DNA from: an uncultured bacterium
GTDB taxonomy: Bacteria > Actinomycetota > Acidimicrobiia > Spongiisociales > UBA5794
DNA length: 64,000 bases
Direction of reading: 5' to 3'
Assembly (NCBI GenBank): GCA_963801165.1
Contig: CAWDDT010000005.1
Span: 448,001-512,000 of the forward strand
Shown: piece after piece, positions 9,612 to 19,976 of the stretch
Layout: the number at the start of each line of letters is the position of its first letter
Numbering within the stretch: the first letter of the stretch is position 1
Notes under the pieces: model-generated
Told to the model about the DNA's origin: nothing
Database searches by the model: none
What the model saw: only the letters and a program-made list of their open reading frames with translations
Made by a program: the position numbers and the translations under genes

Positions 9612-10409
9612 TCATTTACCGTAGCGCCGGTTGCTGTGTGTGAAATCCCGAAGCGCGCGGAGAAAGTCGACTCTGCGGAACTCCGGCCAGTAGACATCGA
9701 CGAACGAGAACTCGGCGTAGGCGGCCTGCCAGAGCAAGAACCCCGAGAGCCGGGTCTCGCCGCTCGTACGGATGACGAGATCCGGGTCGGGGAGATCCGG
9801 TGTGTACATGTAGGAGCTGAGGGTGGCGACATCAATGTGCTCAGCCATCTCTTCGGGGGCGACTCCATTAGCAGCGAGGCTGCTCACCATCTCGCGGGTG
9901 GCATCGATGATCTCCTGACGCCCTCCGTAAGCGAGAGCGATGGTTACGTGGCGGCTCCCCTTATTACAGGTGGCGGCCAGCCGCTTGGCGGCGTCGGTCA
10001 GCCGTTGTGGCAGCAGGTCGAGGCTGCCGACGAACCTGACGGCAACGTCGTGGCCCGTGATCCTTTCCGGTATCGAATCGAACAGGTCGATGAGCACCTC
10101 GTAGTAGGGCTCCAACTCCTCGACCGGCCGGGACAGGTTCTCGGTTGACAGCAACCAACAGCTGATTGCGTGGATCTTGAGCTCGTCGGCCCAACCGAGG
10201 AACTCGACGACCTTGTCCATTCCCTCTCGATAGCTCGCCGCATAGTCCGGCAGCCTCTCGGCGCGGGCATAGCGCCGGTGGCCGTCGTGAATGACCCCGA
10301 TGTGCTTAGGAAGTTTGTCCCGATCGAGGAACTTCAAGATACGCGCTTCGTAGATGCGATAGAGCGGCTTCTTGGCGATCCTCTTGAGCTTGTTCAGATT
10401 CACCCGCAA
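9612..10409 (-). CDS. Cis-isoprenyl diphosphate synthase (UppS family, Rv1086-like short-chain type)
   Basis: PKHIGVIHDGHRR, LSTENLSR, YGGRQEI and DPDLVIRTSGETRLSGFLLWQ motifs; divergent from a hemolysin III gene as in other actinobacteria. Confidence 0.92.
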   Translation of the reverse strand: MRVNLNKLKRIAKKPLYRIYEARILKFLDRDKLPKHIGVIHDGHRRYARAERLPDYAASYREGMDKVVEFLGWADELKIHAISCWLLSTENLSRPVEELEPYYEVLIDLFDSIPERITGHDVAVRFVGSLDLLPQRLTDAAKRLAATCNKGSRHVTIALAYGGRQEIIDATREMVSSLAANGVAPEEMAEHIDVATLSSYMYTPDLPDPDLVIRTSGETRLSGFLLWQAAYAEFSFVDVYWPEFRRVDFLRALRDFTHSNRRYGK

Positions 10410-10512
10410 AGTCTACGCCCCAATCCGTTTATGCCGACACCGATATATCGAAGCTCTGGAGACCCCGCTTGAGCCACTACCGTTTGAGCGAATCGCCCGG
10501 TAGCCTCGTCGC

Positions 10513-11184
10513 GTGCAACTCAACGACGACCTGAAACGCTGGACGCTGGGCCCGATGCAGAACCCCGTGCGGGGTATTCTCCACGGCACCGCCGCCGTCA
10601 TCTCATTGCTGGGGACGGTTCTGCTGGTGGCCAGGGCCAACACCGGCAAGGCGGTGATAGCCGCGATCGTCTTCGGCATCGGGCTGCTCGGTCTCTACAC
10701 AACGAGCTCGCTGTACCACTCGATCCCATGGCGAGACGGATGGAAACGGCGCATGCAGCGTCTCGACCATTCCATGATCTTCGTCCTCATCGCCTCCACC
10801 TACACCCCGATCGCGCTGATCATCCTCAATGGCGTATGGGAGTGGCTCGCTCTTGCCGTGGCGTGGGGGATCGCCCTCGTCGGGATCATAAATCGGCTCC
10901 TCGGGTCGATGGAGCGCCACGTGTTCTCGTTCAGCCTGATGCTGATCCTCGGGTGGCTCTCCATCCCGCTCCTGTTCCCGCTGGCGCACCGTGCGGGGAC
11001 ATCAGCCGTGGTGCTGATCGCGGTGGGCGGCGGTCTCTACACGATGGGGATGATCTTCAAGGTGACGCGCTGGCCGCGGCTGTGGCCCCGCGTCTTTTCG
11101 GCCCACGAGCTCTTCCACGTATGTGTGGTCGCCGCCTCGGTGCTGCACTGGACCGCGACCTACCGGTACGTTCTCTCGCCCTGA
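10513..11184 (+). CDS. Hemolysin III/PAQR family membrane protein (TrhA-like)
   Basis: SSLYH, RLDHSMIFVLIASTYTP and HELFHV motifs; about 7 TM segments. Confidence 0.92.
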   Translation: MQLNDDLKRWTLGPMQNPVRGILHGTAAVISLLGTVLLVARANTGKAVIAAIVFGIGLLGLYTTSSLYHSIPWRDGWKRRMQRLDHSMIFVLIASTYTPIALIILNGVWEWLALAVAWGIALVGIINRLLGSMERHVFSFSLMLILGWLSIPLLFPLAHRAGTSAVVLIAVGGGLYTMGMIFKVTRWPRLWPRVFSAHELFHVCVVAASVLHWTATYRYVLSP

Positions 11185-11191
11185 ACGGGTC

Positions 11192-11527
11192 CTACGGGGT
11201 GCGGTCTCGATGGGGTTCCTGTAGGACCAGCAGTCGGCCTACCTCGTAGCCGCCGTTGTGATATGAGTACTGCTCGCCACCCTCGAAAACGAGAACGTCT
11301 CCCGGTGTCACCAATGCGGTCTCACCGTCGCAGGTGAAAAGCACCTCGCCGCGCAGACCTACGTAGATCTTCTCATTGCGCTGCTCGGCGAAGGGCGGGT
11401 GCTCTCCCCCGATCGGCACTTCGACGACTCCGATCGACAGCTCGGCGAAAGTCTGCGGGGTCATGTTGCGGACGTTGAGCGTTCCAAACGGGAATGGGGC
11501 TTCGTCGCGGTACGTCTTCAGTTCCAC
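11192..11527 (-). CDS. Cupin domain protein
   Basis: EKIYVGLRGEVLF...VTPGDVLVF cupin-like pattern; GGAGG RBS. Confidence 0.75.
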   Translation of the reverse strand: MELKTYRDEAPFPFGTLNVRNMTPQTFAELSIGVVEVPIGGEHPPFAEQRNEKIYVGLRGEVLFTCDGETALVTPGDVLVFEGGEQYSYHNGGYEVGRLLVLQEPHRDRTP

Positions 11528-11671
11528 CTGAGTACCTCCATGGAGATAACTCTACGGACGACGACGCAGCGTGTGAAATCTGACCGCGGTGATCCGGTGT
11601 CAGTTGCCGGAGCCGTAGAGCCGACGCCTAGTCTTGAAGCCGGAAGTTCGCCTCAGATCGAGACGCCGGTA

Positions 11672-13093
11672 ATGACCACCACCCACCGCGCCAAGCAACG
11701 AGATCGCAGGCTGCCCACACGGGCGCTGTGGTTGCTGCTCGCTGCCGTGGTGTTCATCATCCCGCTCGTCGTTCATTTCCCCGACCTGTCCCCGGCAGGG
11801 CATCGCATGCTGGCGATCTTCTTTGTCGCCATCGTGTTGTGGGTCACAGAGGCGATCCCGCTATACGGCACGGCCGTCCTCATCATCTTTCTCGAGATCC
11901 TCATGATCAGCGACCAGGCGATCGTGACTCTCCCGGCCGGTTTCGAGCCGAGCAGCTACCGCAACTACTACTCGGCGCTGGCGGACCCCGTTCTGATGCT
12001 CGTGCTCGGCGGCTTCTTTCTCGCCATCGGTGCGGCACGATTCCAGCTCGACAGAGCGGTAGGCAGGATCATGCTGCGGCCGTTCGGTGACCGCCCGACC
12101 CGCATCATGCTCGGTCTCATGCTGGTTACGGCGACGTTCTCGATGTTCATGTCGAACACCGCTACAACTGCAACGATGATGGCGGTCGTCCTTCCGGTGG
12201 TGGCGGCGCTGCCCGAGACCGACCGCCTGCGCGTCGCCATGATCCTGTCGATTCCGTTCGCCGCGAACATCGGCGGGATCGGCACCCCGGTCGGTACTCC
12301 GCCGAACGCGATCGCCATCGGACAGCTCGCCGAGGTCGGGATCTCGGTCAGCTTCGGCAAGTGGATGGTGATGGCTGTGCCCGGCGTCGTGGTCATCATC
12401 CTCATCGCCTGGTGGGTGTTGCGTCTGATGTTCCCGTCCGACACGGAGTCGATGACGGTGCGGATCGAGGGTGAGTTCGTGCATTCCCGTGATGCCCACA
12501 TCTTCTACGGGGTGTTCATCGTCACCGTTCTCCTCTGGCTCACCGAGTCGTTGCACGGGGTGTCCTCGACCATCGTCGGCTTCATCCCCGTAGTCGCCTT
12601 GCTGGTGACGGGGGTCTTCAACGAGAAGGACCTCCAGAAGGTCCAGTGGCACGTCTTGTGGCTGATCGCAGGTGGCATGGCGTTGGGCCGGGGAATCCTC
12701 GATTCGGGCCTCGACCGGTGGGTCATCGGTCTCATCTCCTGGGAGAACATCGGGCCGACCGTCGTCGTTGCCCTTTTCGCTCTTGCCGCGCTCTCGCTCG
12801 CCACGGTCATGTCGCACAGCGCCAGCGCCAATCTGATCATCCCGCTCGGCATCTCGGTTGCCACCTCCCCGGTACTCGACCTGGATCCACTCGTGGTTGG
12901 TTTCATGATCGCCATCGGGGCATCGCTGGCCATGTCGCTGCCCATCTCGACTCCGCCAAACGCCATTGCCTACAGCTCGGGACTCATCAAGACGGGGGAC
13001 ATGGCCAAAACCGGCATCCTCATCGGCATCATCGGTCTGATCATCTACCTCGTAGTGTCACCACTTCTGTGGTCTGTGCTCGGTGTGACATGA
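11672..13093 (+). CDS. SLC13/DASS family anion permease
   Basis: SMFMSNTAT, TPVGTPPN, LPISTPPNAIAY and LWVTEAIP motifs. Confidence 0.93.
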   Translation: MTTTHRAKQRDRRLPTRALWLLLAAVVFIIPLVVHFPDLSPAGHRMLAIFFVAIVLWVTEAIPLYGTAVLIIFLEILMISDQAIVTLPAGFEPSSYRNYYSALADPVLMLVLGGFFLAIGAARFQLDRAVGRIMLRPFGDRPTRIMLGLMLVTATFSMFMSNTATTATMMAVVLPVVAALPETDRLRVAMILSIPFAANIGGIGTPVGTPPNAIAIGQLAEVGISVSFGKWMVMAVPGVVVIILIAWWVLRLMFPSDTESMTVRIEGEFVHSRDAHIFYGVFIVTVLLWLTESLHGVSSTIVGFIPVVALLVTGVFNEKDLQKVQWHVLWLIAGGMALGRGILDSGLDRWVIGLISWENIGPTVVVALFALAALSLATVMSHSASANLIIPLGISVATSPVLDLDPLVVGFMIAIGASLAMSLPISTPPNAIAYSSGLIKTGDMAKTGILIGIIGLIIYLVVSPLLWSVLGVT

Positions 13094-15081
13094 CTTCTGA
13101 GGCGATCGTCGACATCGTGTTCTGCGCCTCGAGTGATGCGACCACGTGCTCGCAACTCGAACGCGACCTGGTGGCGCTCGCCGAAGGTGCCTTCTCGGTC
13201 CGGACGGTTACCTCGGCTGCCGACCTGGTGCGCGACGCCGGCTCTGCTGTAGCCAAGGGGGCTATCGTCCCGCTTGTGTTTGTCGACGAGGTCCTGCGCG
13301 ACGCCAGCGGCCTGGCCACCCTGGAACGTCTTCGCGACACCCCGGGCCTCGAGATGGCGCGCCGCATCCTCATCACGGAGAACCCTCCCGACGTGACCGG
13401 TGTGAGCGACGGGCTCCTCACTGTCCCGTGGAACCCGCAACGGCTGAAATCGCTCGTCTCCCGGTTGGTAACCGAGTACTTCGTAGAGGAGGCCCCACAG
13501 GAGGTCGACGAGGTCGCCGACGTTGTCGACGTTGACGTCCTCTCCCGGGCATTTGTCGAGGTCGAGGAACGCGCCCAGGCAGTCACCGAGCGTCTCGCCC
13601 TTCTGCAGCGCTCGTTTCTCGAGGACCGCGCTCTCTCCGACGATGAGGTCGAGGAGGAGATGATCGCGGAGATCGACCGCTCTCTCGGTGACCCGCCGCG
13701 CGTCACCGTCCCCACCGGGACGAGGATCCTCACCGCAGGCGAGCCCGTCGACGGGATCCGCGTCGTCGTCTCCGGCCGGGTACATCTGACCCTCGAGGTG
13801 GATGGGCGCGAGATCGTATTCCATGCCCGGACCGCGGGGCGCGTGATCGGGCTCAACGCCATCGCCCTCTCCGAGACCGCGGCGTTCTTCAACGTCGACA
13901 CCATCGAGGAGACAACGTTCATCCCGCTTACCCTGGAGCAATTCGACGATGCCCTCCGTCACAGCCCCACTCTTGCCATTCACTTCGTCTCGGTGGCGTT
14001 GCGGGCGATGGCGCGACGAAACCAGCGATCGATCGAGCTACGCACAACCGTCGACCGTCTCGCCCGCGACCTCGAGCAAGAGCGCGACGAGCTGGCGGTC
14101 GCGATCGACCGTCTCAATGAGACCCAGGCCCGGCTCGTCGAGTCCGAGAAACTCGCCACGCTCGGGCAACTCGCCGCCGGGATCGGTCACGAGCTGAACA
14201 ACCCCGCCGCTGTGGTCAGTCGTGCCGCCGATTTCCTCACCGAGGACATCGAGGCGCTGACGGCAAGCGTGCCCGGGGCCGACATGTTCATCGACGCAGT
14301 CAGGGTCGCCAGAAGCCGGCCGCCCGTGTCCACCCGCGTGCTGCGGCACCAGACCAAACAACTCGCCGATGATCTCGGTGACGATGCTCTGGCGCGCCGT
14401 CTGGTCCGGATTGGAATCACCACCCGGGCCGAGTACGAGAGGCATTTCGAGGACATTCCAGACGCCGAGGTACAGCTCGACCGCATGGAGCGGTTCCACC
14501 GTATCGGTACCTCGATCCGCAACATCGACACCGCCGCCGAGCGGATTGTCAGACTGGTCGGCTCAGTACGCTCGTACGCCAGGGGAAACCAGGAGCAGGC
14601 CGTTGCCTGCGACATCCGCCCGGGGATCGAGGAGACTCTGCTTCTCCTCGGTCACGAGCTGGTATCCGTCACAGTCGAGACCTCATATCCCGACGAGACA
14701 CCTTGTGTCGACGGCTACCCGGGCGACTTGAACCAGGTTTGGACGAACCTCATCACCAACGCCATCCAGGCTATGGACCAGAGCGACGCCCGGCTGGCCA
14801 TCGATGTTTCCATGTCGCCCGAAGGTGACGTCGCCGTCGCCATCACCGACAACGGTCACGGCATCGCACCCGAGAACCTGGAGCGGATCTTCGAGCCGGC
14901 GTTCACCACCAAGTCGGGCAGGATCGAGTTTGGCCTCGGTCTCGGGCTTCAGATCGTCAAGGACATCGTCGTGCGTCACCGTGGCTCGATCTCGGTCGAG
15001 TCGGAACCGGGCCGCACCTGCTTCACGGTGGCGCTGCCTGCTTCCCGCACCGGATGCGGCGACAATGGAGGCGTCACATGA
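13090..15081 (+). CDS. Cytoplasmic histidine kinase with receiver-like, cNMP-binding, HisKA and HATPase domains
   Basis: LAAGIGHELNNP H-box; LNQVWTNLITNA; DNGHGI; GLGLGL; ATGA overlap with the permease stop. Confidence 0.9.
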   Translation: MTSEAIVDIVFCASSDATTCSQLERDLVALAEGAFSVRTVTSAADLVRDAGSAVAKGAIVPLVFVDEVLRDASGLATLERLRDTPGLEMARRILITENPPDVTGVSDGLLTVPWNPQRLKSLVSRLVTEYFVEEAPQEVDEVADVVDVDVLSRAFVEVEERAQAVTERLALLQRSFLEDRALSDDEVEEEMIAEIDRSLGDPPRVTVPTGTRILTAGEPVDGIRVVVSGRVHLTLEVDGREIVFHARTAGRVIGLNAIALSETAAFFNVDTIEETTFIPLTLEQFDDALRHSPTLAIHFVSVALRAMARRNQRSIELRTTVDRLARDLEQERDELAVAIDRLNETQARLVESEKLATLGQLAAGIGHELNNPAAVVSRAADFLTEDIEALTASVPGADMFIDAVRVARSRPPVSTRVLRHQTKQLADDLGDDALARRLVRIGITTRAEYERHFEDIPDAEVQLDRMERFHRIGTSIRNIDTAAERIVRLVGSVRSYARGNQEQAVACDIRPGIEETLLLLGHELVSVTVETSYPDETPCVDGYPGDLNQVWTNLITNAIQAMDQSDARLAIDVSMSPEGDVAVAITDNGHGIAPENLERIFEPAFTTKSGRIEFGLGLGLQIVKDIVVRHRGSISVESEPGRTCFTVALPASRTGCGDNGGVT

Positions 15082-15563
15082 ACCGGCTGGTCATTCTCTG
15101 CATAGAAGACGAGGACGAGGTCCGCGAGGCTGTGATGCGCGACCTCGAGGTGTTCGAGCCTGCTTTTGTGGTCGAGATGGCCGAGGACGCCGCCGACGCC
15201 AGGCAAGCCACCGCGGAGATCGCGGCCGCAGGAGACACGATCGCGCTGGTGATCGCCGACCACCGACTACCCGGGATGCAGGGGACCGACTTCCTGATCG
15301 AGCTTCACCACAGCCCGGCGACGGCGCCCGCCCGCAAGGTGCTGCTGACCGGGCAAGCGGGGCACGAGGACACCATACGCGCCATCAACGAGGCGGGCCT
15401 CGACCATTACATCTCCAAGCCGTGGACGCCTGAGGAACTGCACGCCGTAGTCCGAGAGCAGCTCACCGAATTCGTGCTCGAGAACGTCGTAGATGTACTG
15501 CCTTACGTGGCGGTCCTCGACGGACCCCGACTGTTGGAGCGCCTGGCCGACGACTCGGTGTGA
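15078..15563 (+). CDS. Stand-alone response regulator (receiver domain, no DNA-binding output)
   Basis: IEDE, ADHRLPGMQG, LLTG and ISKPW motifs; ATGA overlap with the kinase. Confidence 0.92.
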   Translation: MNRLVILCIEDEDEVREAVMRDLEVFEPAFVVEMAEDAADARQATAEIAAAGDTIALVIADHRLPGMQGTDFLIELHHSPATAPARKVLLTGQAGHEDTIRAINEAGLDHYISKPWTPEELHAVVREQLTEFVLENVVDVLPYVAVLDGPRLLERLADDSV

Positions 15564-15696
15564 CCGCTCGGGGCCCCGTCGATCTCGACGGGCGCTGCCA
15601 TTGGAAGTGACAGATTCGGGACATAGTCCTCTTTTCCGGCCCTCTCGGAGTGACGTACGTTGAGATGACAGCGAGACCCGCAGCTCGGAGGACTAG

Positions 15697-17400
15697 ATGG
15701 CCTGGTGGAGGCGGATCACCGATCCGGACGAGGTGATCGTGGTCGACCGCGTAGAGACCGTGGCTCGCGGTATCGCCCGCACCTGGAGCCTGCTGGCCAT
15801 TGCCGTGTTCGTCGTCCTCGGCCTCACGGTAGGCATCCCGCACACACCGGATATGGAGCAGTGGGAGAAGACCGTGCAATTGGCCACCCTCGGCGTGATC
15901 GTCGCCGGCGCCGTGGTCGCATGGCTCCTCGAAGGCGTGGGCGGAGCGGTCATGCTCGTGGGGGCCGCCGCTCTTGGGGATATGGCAACGCTCGAGCATC
16001 AACCGGTGGTGGCGCTCATTCCCGCATTGGTGTTCTCGATCCCGGCCATCTGCTTCCTGATCGCCTGGAAGCGCACCCGCTCGATGCTGTCCCTCCTGAT
16101 CCTCGGTGCAGCCATCGTCGTCGTGCTCGGTGCCGGTGGGACCGTCGCCTACTCCACTTATCAGCACGGCTACGGTCCCAGCCACCCGCAATCGGCGCTC
16201 CCGCCACTTCCCGAAACGCCTGTCGTCTGGATGTGGTCCGGTGGCGTCACGGACTCGGCCGCCGTCGTCACCGCCCGTATCGATGGCGACGACGCTGAGC
16301 TCGAGCTCGCGACAGAGGCCGGCGGCGCCGGCACGTACACGGGAACACAGACCGACGGCGTGTGGCGATTCTCGCTCTCGGACCTCACCCCGATCACCAC
16401 TTACAGCTACCGATTCGTCGTCGACGGCGTCCTCGAGCCGCTTCGGGTTGGGCAGTTCCGGACGTTCTCTACCGACCCGATGAGCTTCACCATCGCCCTC
16501 GGCTCCTGCGCCCGACTCGGGTCAGCAGGCAAGGTCTTCGAGACCATCCTCGCCATGGACCCCGACCTCTTCATTTCGACCGGCGACTTCTTCTACGCCG
16601 ACTACATCACTACCGCCTCACAATTCGCGGCAGCCTACGACGACACGCTCACAAGCCCCCCGCAAGCTGCCCTCTACGCCGCCGTGCCGATCGCATACAC
16701 GTGGGACGATCACGACTACGGTGGCAACGACTCCGACTCCACCGCTCCGGCACGGGACCAGGCCCTCTCCGCCTACGAAAACCTCGTTCCGCACTATCCG
16801 CTCACCGACACCGGCGCCATCAACCAGACGTTCTCGATCGGTCGGGTCCGGATCATCCTGCTCGACGGTCGCTCTGCCCGGGAGCCCGACACGCTCCCCG
16901 ACGGACCGAACAAGACGATGCTCGGAACAGCGCAGCTCGACTGGTTCGAGAACGAGCTCCTCACCTCGTCGCAGAACCATGCCCTCGTCATCGTCACCAC
17001 CTCAGTTCCGTGGATCTCGGCACCGATCGACGGTGGGGACGATTGGGGTGGCTTCACCACCGAACGTCGTACCATCGCCAACTTCCTCGCCGACAACGAC
17101 ATCGACAACGTGATGATGATCGCCGGTGACGCTCATATGCTCGCCATCGACGACGGCACCAACACCGACTACTCGGATAGAGGCGGCCACGGTTTCCCTC
17201 TGTTCCATGCGGCGGCGCTCGATCGGCCCGGCAGCTTCAAAGGCGGCCCGTACAGCGAAGGGGCCTTTCCCGGAGGAGGGCAATTCGGTGTGATCACGGT
17301 GACCGACGACGGCGGCCCGATTCTCCACGTCACACTGGCGGGGTACAACTGGACCGGCGCCCGGCTAATCGACTACAACTTCGAGGTGGCGTCACCATGA
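15697..17400 (+). CDS. PhoD-family alkaline phosphatase/phosphodiesterase with an N-terminal multi-TM region
   Basis: GSC, TGDFFYAD, WDDHD, LDGR, DDWGGF and GDAH PhoD motifs; about 5 hydrophobic helices in the first ~150 aa. Confidence 0.88.
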   Translation: MAWWRRITDPDEVIVVDRVETVARGIARTWSLLAIAVFVVLGLTVGIPHTPDMEQWEKTVQLATLGVIVAGAVVAWLLEGVGGAVMLVGAAALGDMATLEHQPVVALIPALVFSIPAICFLIAWKRTRSMLSLLILGAAIVVVLGAGGTVAYSTYQHGYGPSHPQSALPPLPETPVVWMWSGGVTDSAAVVTARIDGDDAELELATEAGGAGTYTGTQTDGVWRFSLSDLTPITTYSYRFVVDGVLEPLRVGQFRTFSTDPMSFTIALGSCARLGSAGKVFETILAMDPDLFISTGDFFYADYITTASQFAAAYDDTLTSPPQAALYAAVPIAYTWDDHDYGGNDSDSTAPARDQALSAYENLVPHYPLTDTGAINQTFSIGRVRIILLDGRSAREPDTLPDGPNKTMLGTAQLDWFENELLTSSQNHALVIVTTSVPWISAPIDGGDDWGGFTTERRTIANFLADNDIDNVMMIAGDAHMLAIDDGTNTDYSDRGGHGFPLFHAAALDRPGSFKGGPYSEGAFPGGGQFGVITVTDDGGPILHVTLAGYNWTGARLIDYNFEVASP

Positions 17401-19976
17401 CCCTTGTCGCCCGCCCTCGCAATCGTCTGTTCACCTACCTCGAGGGCTCGGGCCATACCGTGGAAGAGGTCGGAGGCAAGGGCGCCGGTCTCGATCGGCT
17501 CGTCGCGGCCGGTCTGCCCGTCCCCACCGCCGCCGTACTGACAACAGACGCCTACCGGCTGGCGACCGAAGAGCGCAGCCTGCACCTCCTGATCGAGGAT
17601 CTCCGAACGTCGTCGCTACCCGCCCCCGACGGTCTCGCAGCCGAGGGTGCCGCCATCGAGCGGACCTTCCTGGCTGCGCCACTCCCGGAAACGATCACCA
17701 CTGCCATAGCCAGGATCGGCAGAGAAATGCTCCCCGACGGGCCGGTGGCCGTCCGCTCCTCCGCCACCACAGAGGACACGACATCGGCCTCATTCGCCGG
17801 GCAATACCTGACCATCACGGGGGTGAGCGGGCTACGCGAGCTGGAGCGGGCCATCCGCCGGTGCTGGGCGTCGCTTTGGGCTCCGGCGGCTCGCGCGTAC
17901 AGGAGACATCAGACGATAGACGAGCAGCATGTCGCCATGGCGGTGGTGATACAAACGATGGTCGACCCTATTTGGTCCGGGGTCGCCTTCACCAGTGATC
18001 CCGAACGCGGCCGGCATCTGATCCGCGTGGAGGCCGTCGCCGGGCCCGGCGAGGCCCTCGTATCGGGGCGCGTAACCCCCGACGACTACACGATCCGTAA
18101 GGACACGCTCCAAATCGTGCCCGGCAACGGCGCCGAACCACTCGACTTCCTTGAAGACCTGAGCCGGCTCGCTATCGACATCGAGCGCATGGCACACGCT
18201 CCTCAGGACATCGAGTGGGCCTACACGCTGACCGGGTTGACCCTACTCCAGACCCGGCCGATCACAGCGGCCGCAGACATCTCCACATACACCGACCGTC
18301 TCGCCACGACTGCTCACCCGCAAGCGGTCTACACCCCCCACGGCATCATCGAGATGCTGCCCGGCGTCCTGTCACCACTGCTGTGGACGATCAATGCCCC
18401 GATGCTCGAGGATGCGTTGCGCACCACGCTCGCCTGCCTCGGCGGCGAGACGCCCGACCGGTCCCGCAGACTCGTTTGCCGGTTCCGCGGCAGGGCCGCC
18501 CTCGATCTCTCGGCGCTCGGCGATATCGCAGCCTCGCTCCCCGGGGGGAGCGCAGCAGAAGTGGAGCGCCAGTACCTGGGACGACCACTCTCTGCAGAGG
18601 TCGTACCCGGAAAGAGCGGGATCCACATGCCCGCGGCGTTTCGTATGCGCGGGGTGCATAACCGGATTGCCGACGAGGTTGCCCTCGTTGCCGCGGCGGC
18701 CCGCGGGCTCAACGCCATCGGTCTCGACCTCGAGGCGTTGCCGGTGCGGCGGCTGGTCGCCTACCGCCGGCGAATCCGCGATCTCGCCTGGCGGGGATAT
18801 GCGGCAGAAGTCGGAGCCTCCAGTGCGGCGGCGACGGCCTACCACGCCCTCGAACTGCTGCTTGCCAGGTGGTACCCGAAAGACGAGGCCGCACGGTGGG
18901 CACAACGGACCACCAGCGGCAAAAGCGCAGTCGGGGCGGCCAGAGCGAAAGCGCTCGCCGATGTGCTCTCCGAACATGCGACAAACACGATAAGGGACGT
19001 GATCACGGGGGACGCAGAGGACAGGAGGGAGCGCATCGCTGCCACCGGGCCGGATGGATCGCGGTTCCTCACAGCACTCGACACCGTCGTCAATTCCATG
19101 GGATCACAGGCGCTCTACGGCGACATCACCTGGGCCGAAAACGAATGGTGGATCTGGCGTCAACTACAACTCCTCGTGGCCGCACGGGATCCCGGCCACC
19201 ACCGGGATGCGGATGAGATTGCCTTGCTGTGCCGCGAGCTAGCGTCTCGCCCCGGCTGGCGACGTACCCGGATCCTCACCGGTCAGTTCGTCGATGTCCG
19301 GATCCGTCTGCTCCGCCGGCAGGTAGCCGAGACGGCACGGTTGCTCGAGCTTCGGGAGAAGGCCAAGGACGCGCTGCTCGTGCTCGGTGGGGAAGAGCGT
19401 CGCGCCATCCTGGAAGCAGCGAACCGTATGGTCGACTCCCGGCTGCTGGCTCGTCCCGAGGAAGTCCATTTTCTGACCGATGCCGAACTCGAAGCGATGC
19501 TGTTCGGCGGACAAGGTGCCGACAAGGACGCATTGTCCGATCGACGGCGTGTGGCTGCGAGACAAGCTAGGGACCGCGCCCTCCCCGACTGGTTCCGTGG
19601 CGACCCCGACGATCAGGAACCGATTGCCGTCGTTCCGGGGAACCGGATCTCGGGTTGGGCAGCAAGCCCCGGCCGGGCCGAGGGCACCGTACGCATCGTC
19701 GACTCGTTGGCCGCAGGGACCCGCCTGCAACATGGTGACGTACTCGTGGCGCATGCCACTGACCCGTCATGGACTCCGCTGTTGCTCACGGCCGGTGCGA
19801 TTGTGCTCGAGACCGGGGGCCCGCTGGCACATGTCGCGATTGTCGCCCGGGAGTTCGGGCTTCCCGCGGTACTGAATGTCCCGTCTGCCACCTCCATCCT
19901 CACCGAGGGAGAGACGGTTCGAGTTGACGGCAGCCGCGGCGTGGTCGACAGGATCGGGGACGGGAGCAGCGCATGA
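17397..19976 (+). CDS. PEP-utilising/PPDK-like dikinase with RPH-type domain order (ATP-grasp, central domain, C-terminal His swivel)
   Basis: VGGKG, VAVRSSA, SFAGQY, GEALVSG, QDIEWA and LQTRPIT motifs; C-terminal TDPSW and GGPLAHVAIVAREFGLPAV. Confidence 0.88.
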   Translation: MTLVARPRNRLFTYLEGSGHTVEEVGGKGAGLDRLVAAGLPVPTAAVLTTDAYRLATEERSLHLLIEDLRTSSLPAPDGLAAEGAAIERTFLAAPLPETITTAIARIGREMLPDGPVAVRSSATTEDTTSASFAGQYLTITGVSGLRELERAIRRCWASLWAPAARAYRRHQTIDEQHVAMAVVIQTMVDPIWSGVAFTSDPERGRHLIRVEAVAGPGEALVSGRVTPDDYTIRKDTLQIVPGNGAEPLDFLEDLSRLAIDIERMAHAPQDIEWAYTLTGLTLLQTRPITAAADISTYTDRLATTAHPQAVYTPHGIIEMLPGVLSPLLWTINAPMLEDALRTTLACLGGETPDRSRRLVCRFRGRAALDLSALGDIAASLPGGSAAEVERQYLGRPLSAEVVPGKSGIHMPAAFRMRGVHNRIADEVALVAAAARGLNAIGLDLEALPVRRLVAYRRRIRDLAWRGYAAEVGASSAAATAYHALELLLARWYPKDEAARWAQRTTSGKSAVGAARAKALADVLSEHATNTIRDVITGDAEDRRERIAATGPDGSRFLTALDTVVNSMGSQALYGDITWAENEWWIWRQLQLLVAARDPGHHRDADEIALLCRELASRPGWRRTRILTGQFVDVRIRLLRRQVAETARLLELREKAKDALLVLGGEERRAILEAANRMVDSRLLARPEEVHFLTDAELEAMLFGGQGADKDALSDRRRVAARQARDRALPDWFRGDPDDQEPIAVVPGNRISGWAASPGRAEGTVRIVDSLAAGTRLQHGDVLVAHATDPSWTPLLLTAGAIVLETGGPLAHVAIVAREFGLPAVLNVPSATSILTEGETVRVDGSRGVVDRIGDGSSA

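Noticed and set aside
17397-19976. Calling the dikinase rph or ppsA
   Set aside because: The domain order excludes ppsA; the central domain cannot be matched to RPH by eye and no rifamycin-associated element is visible.
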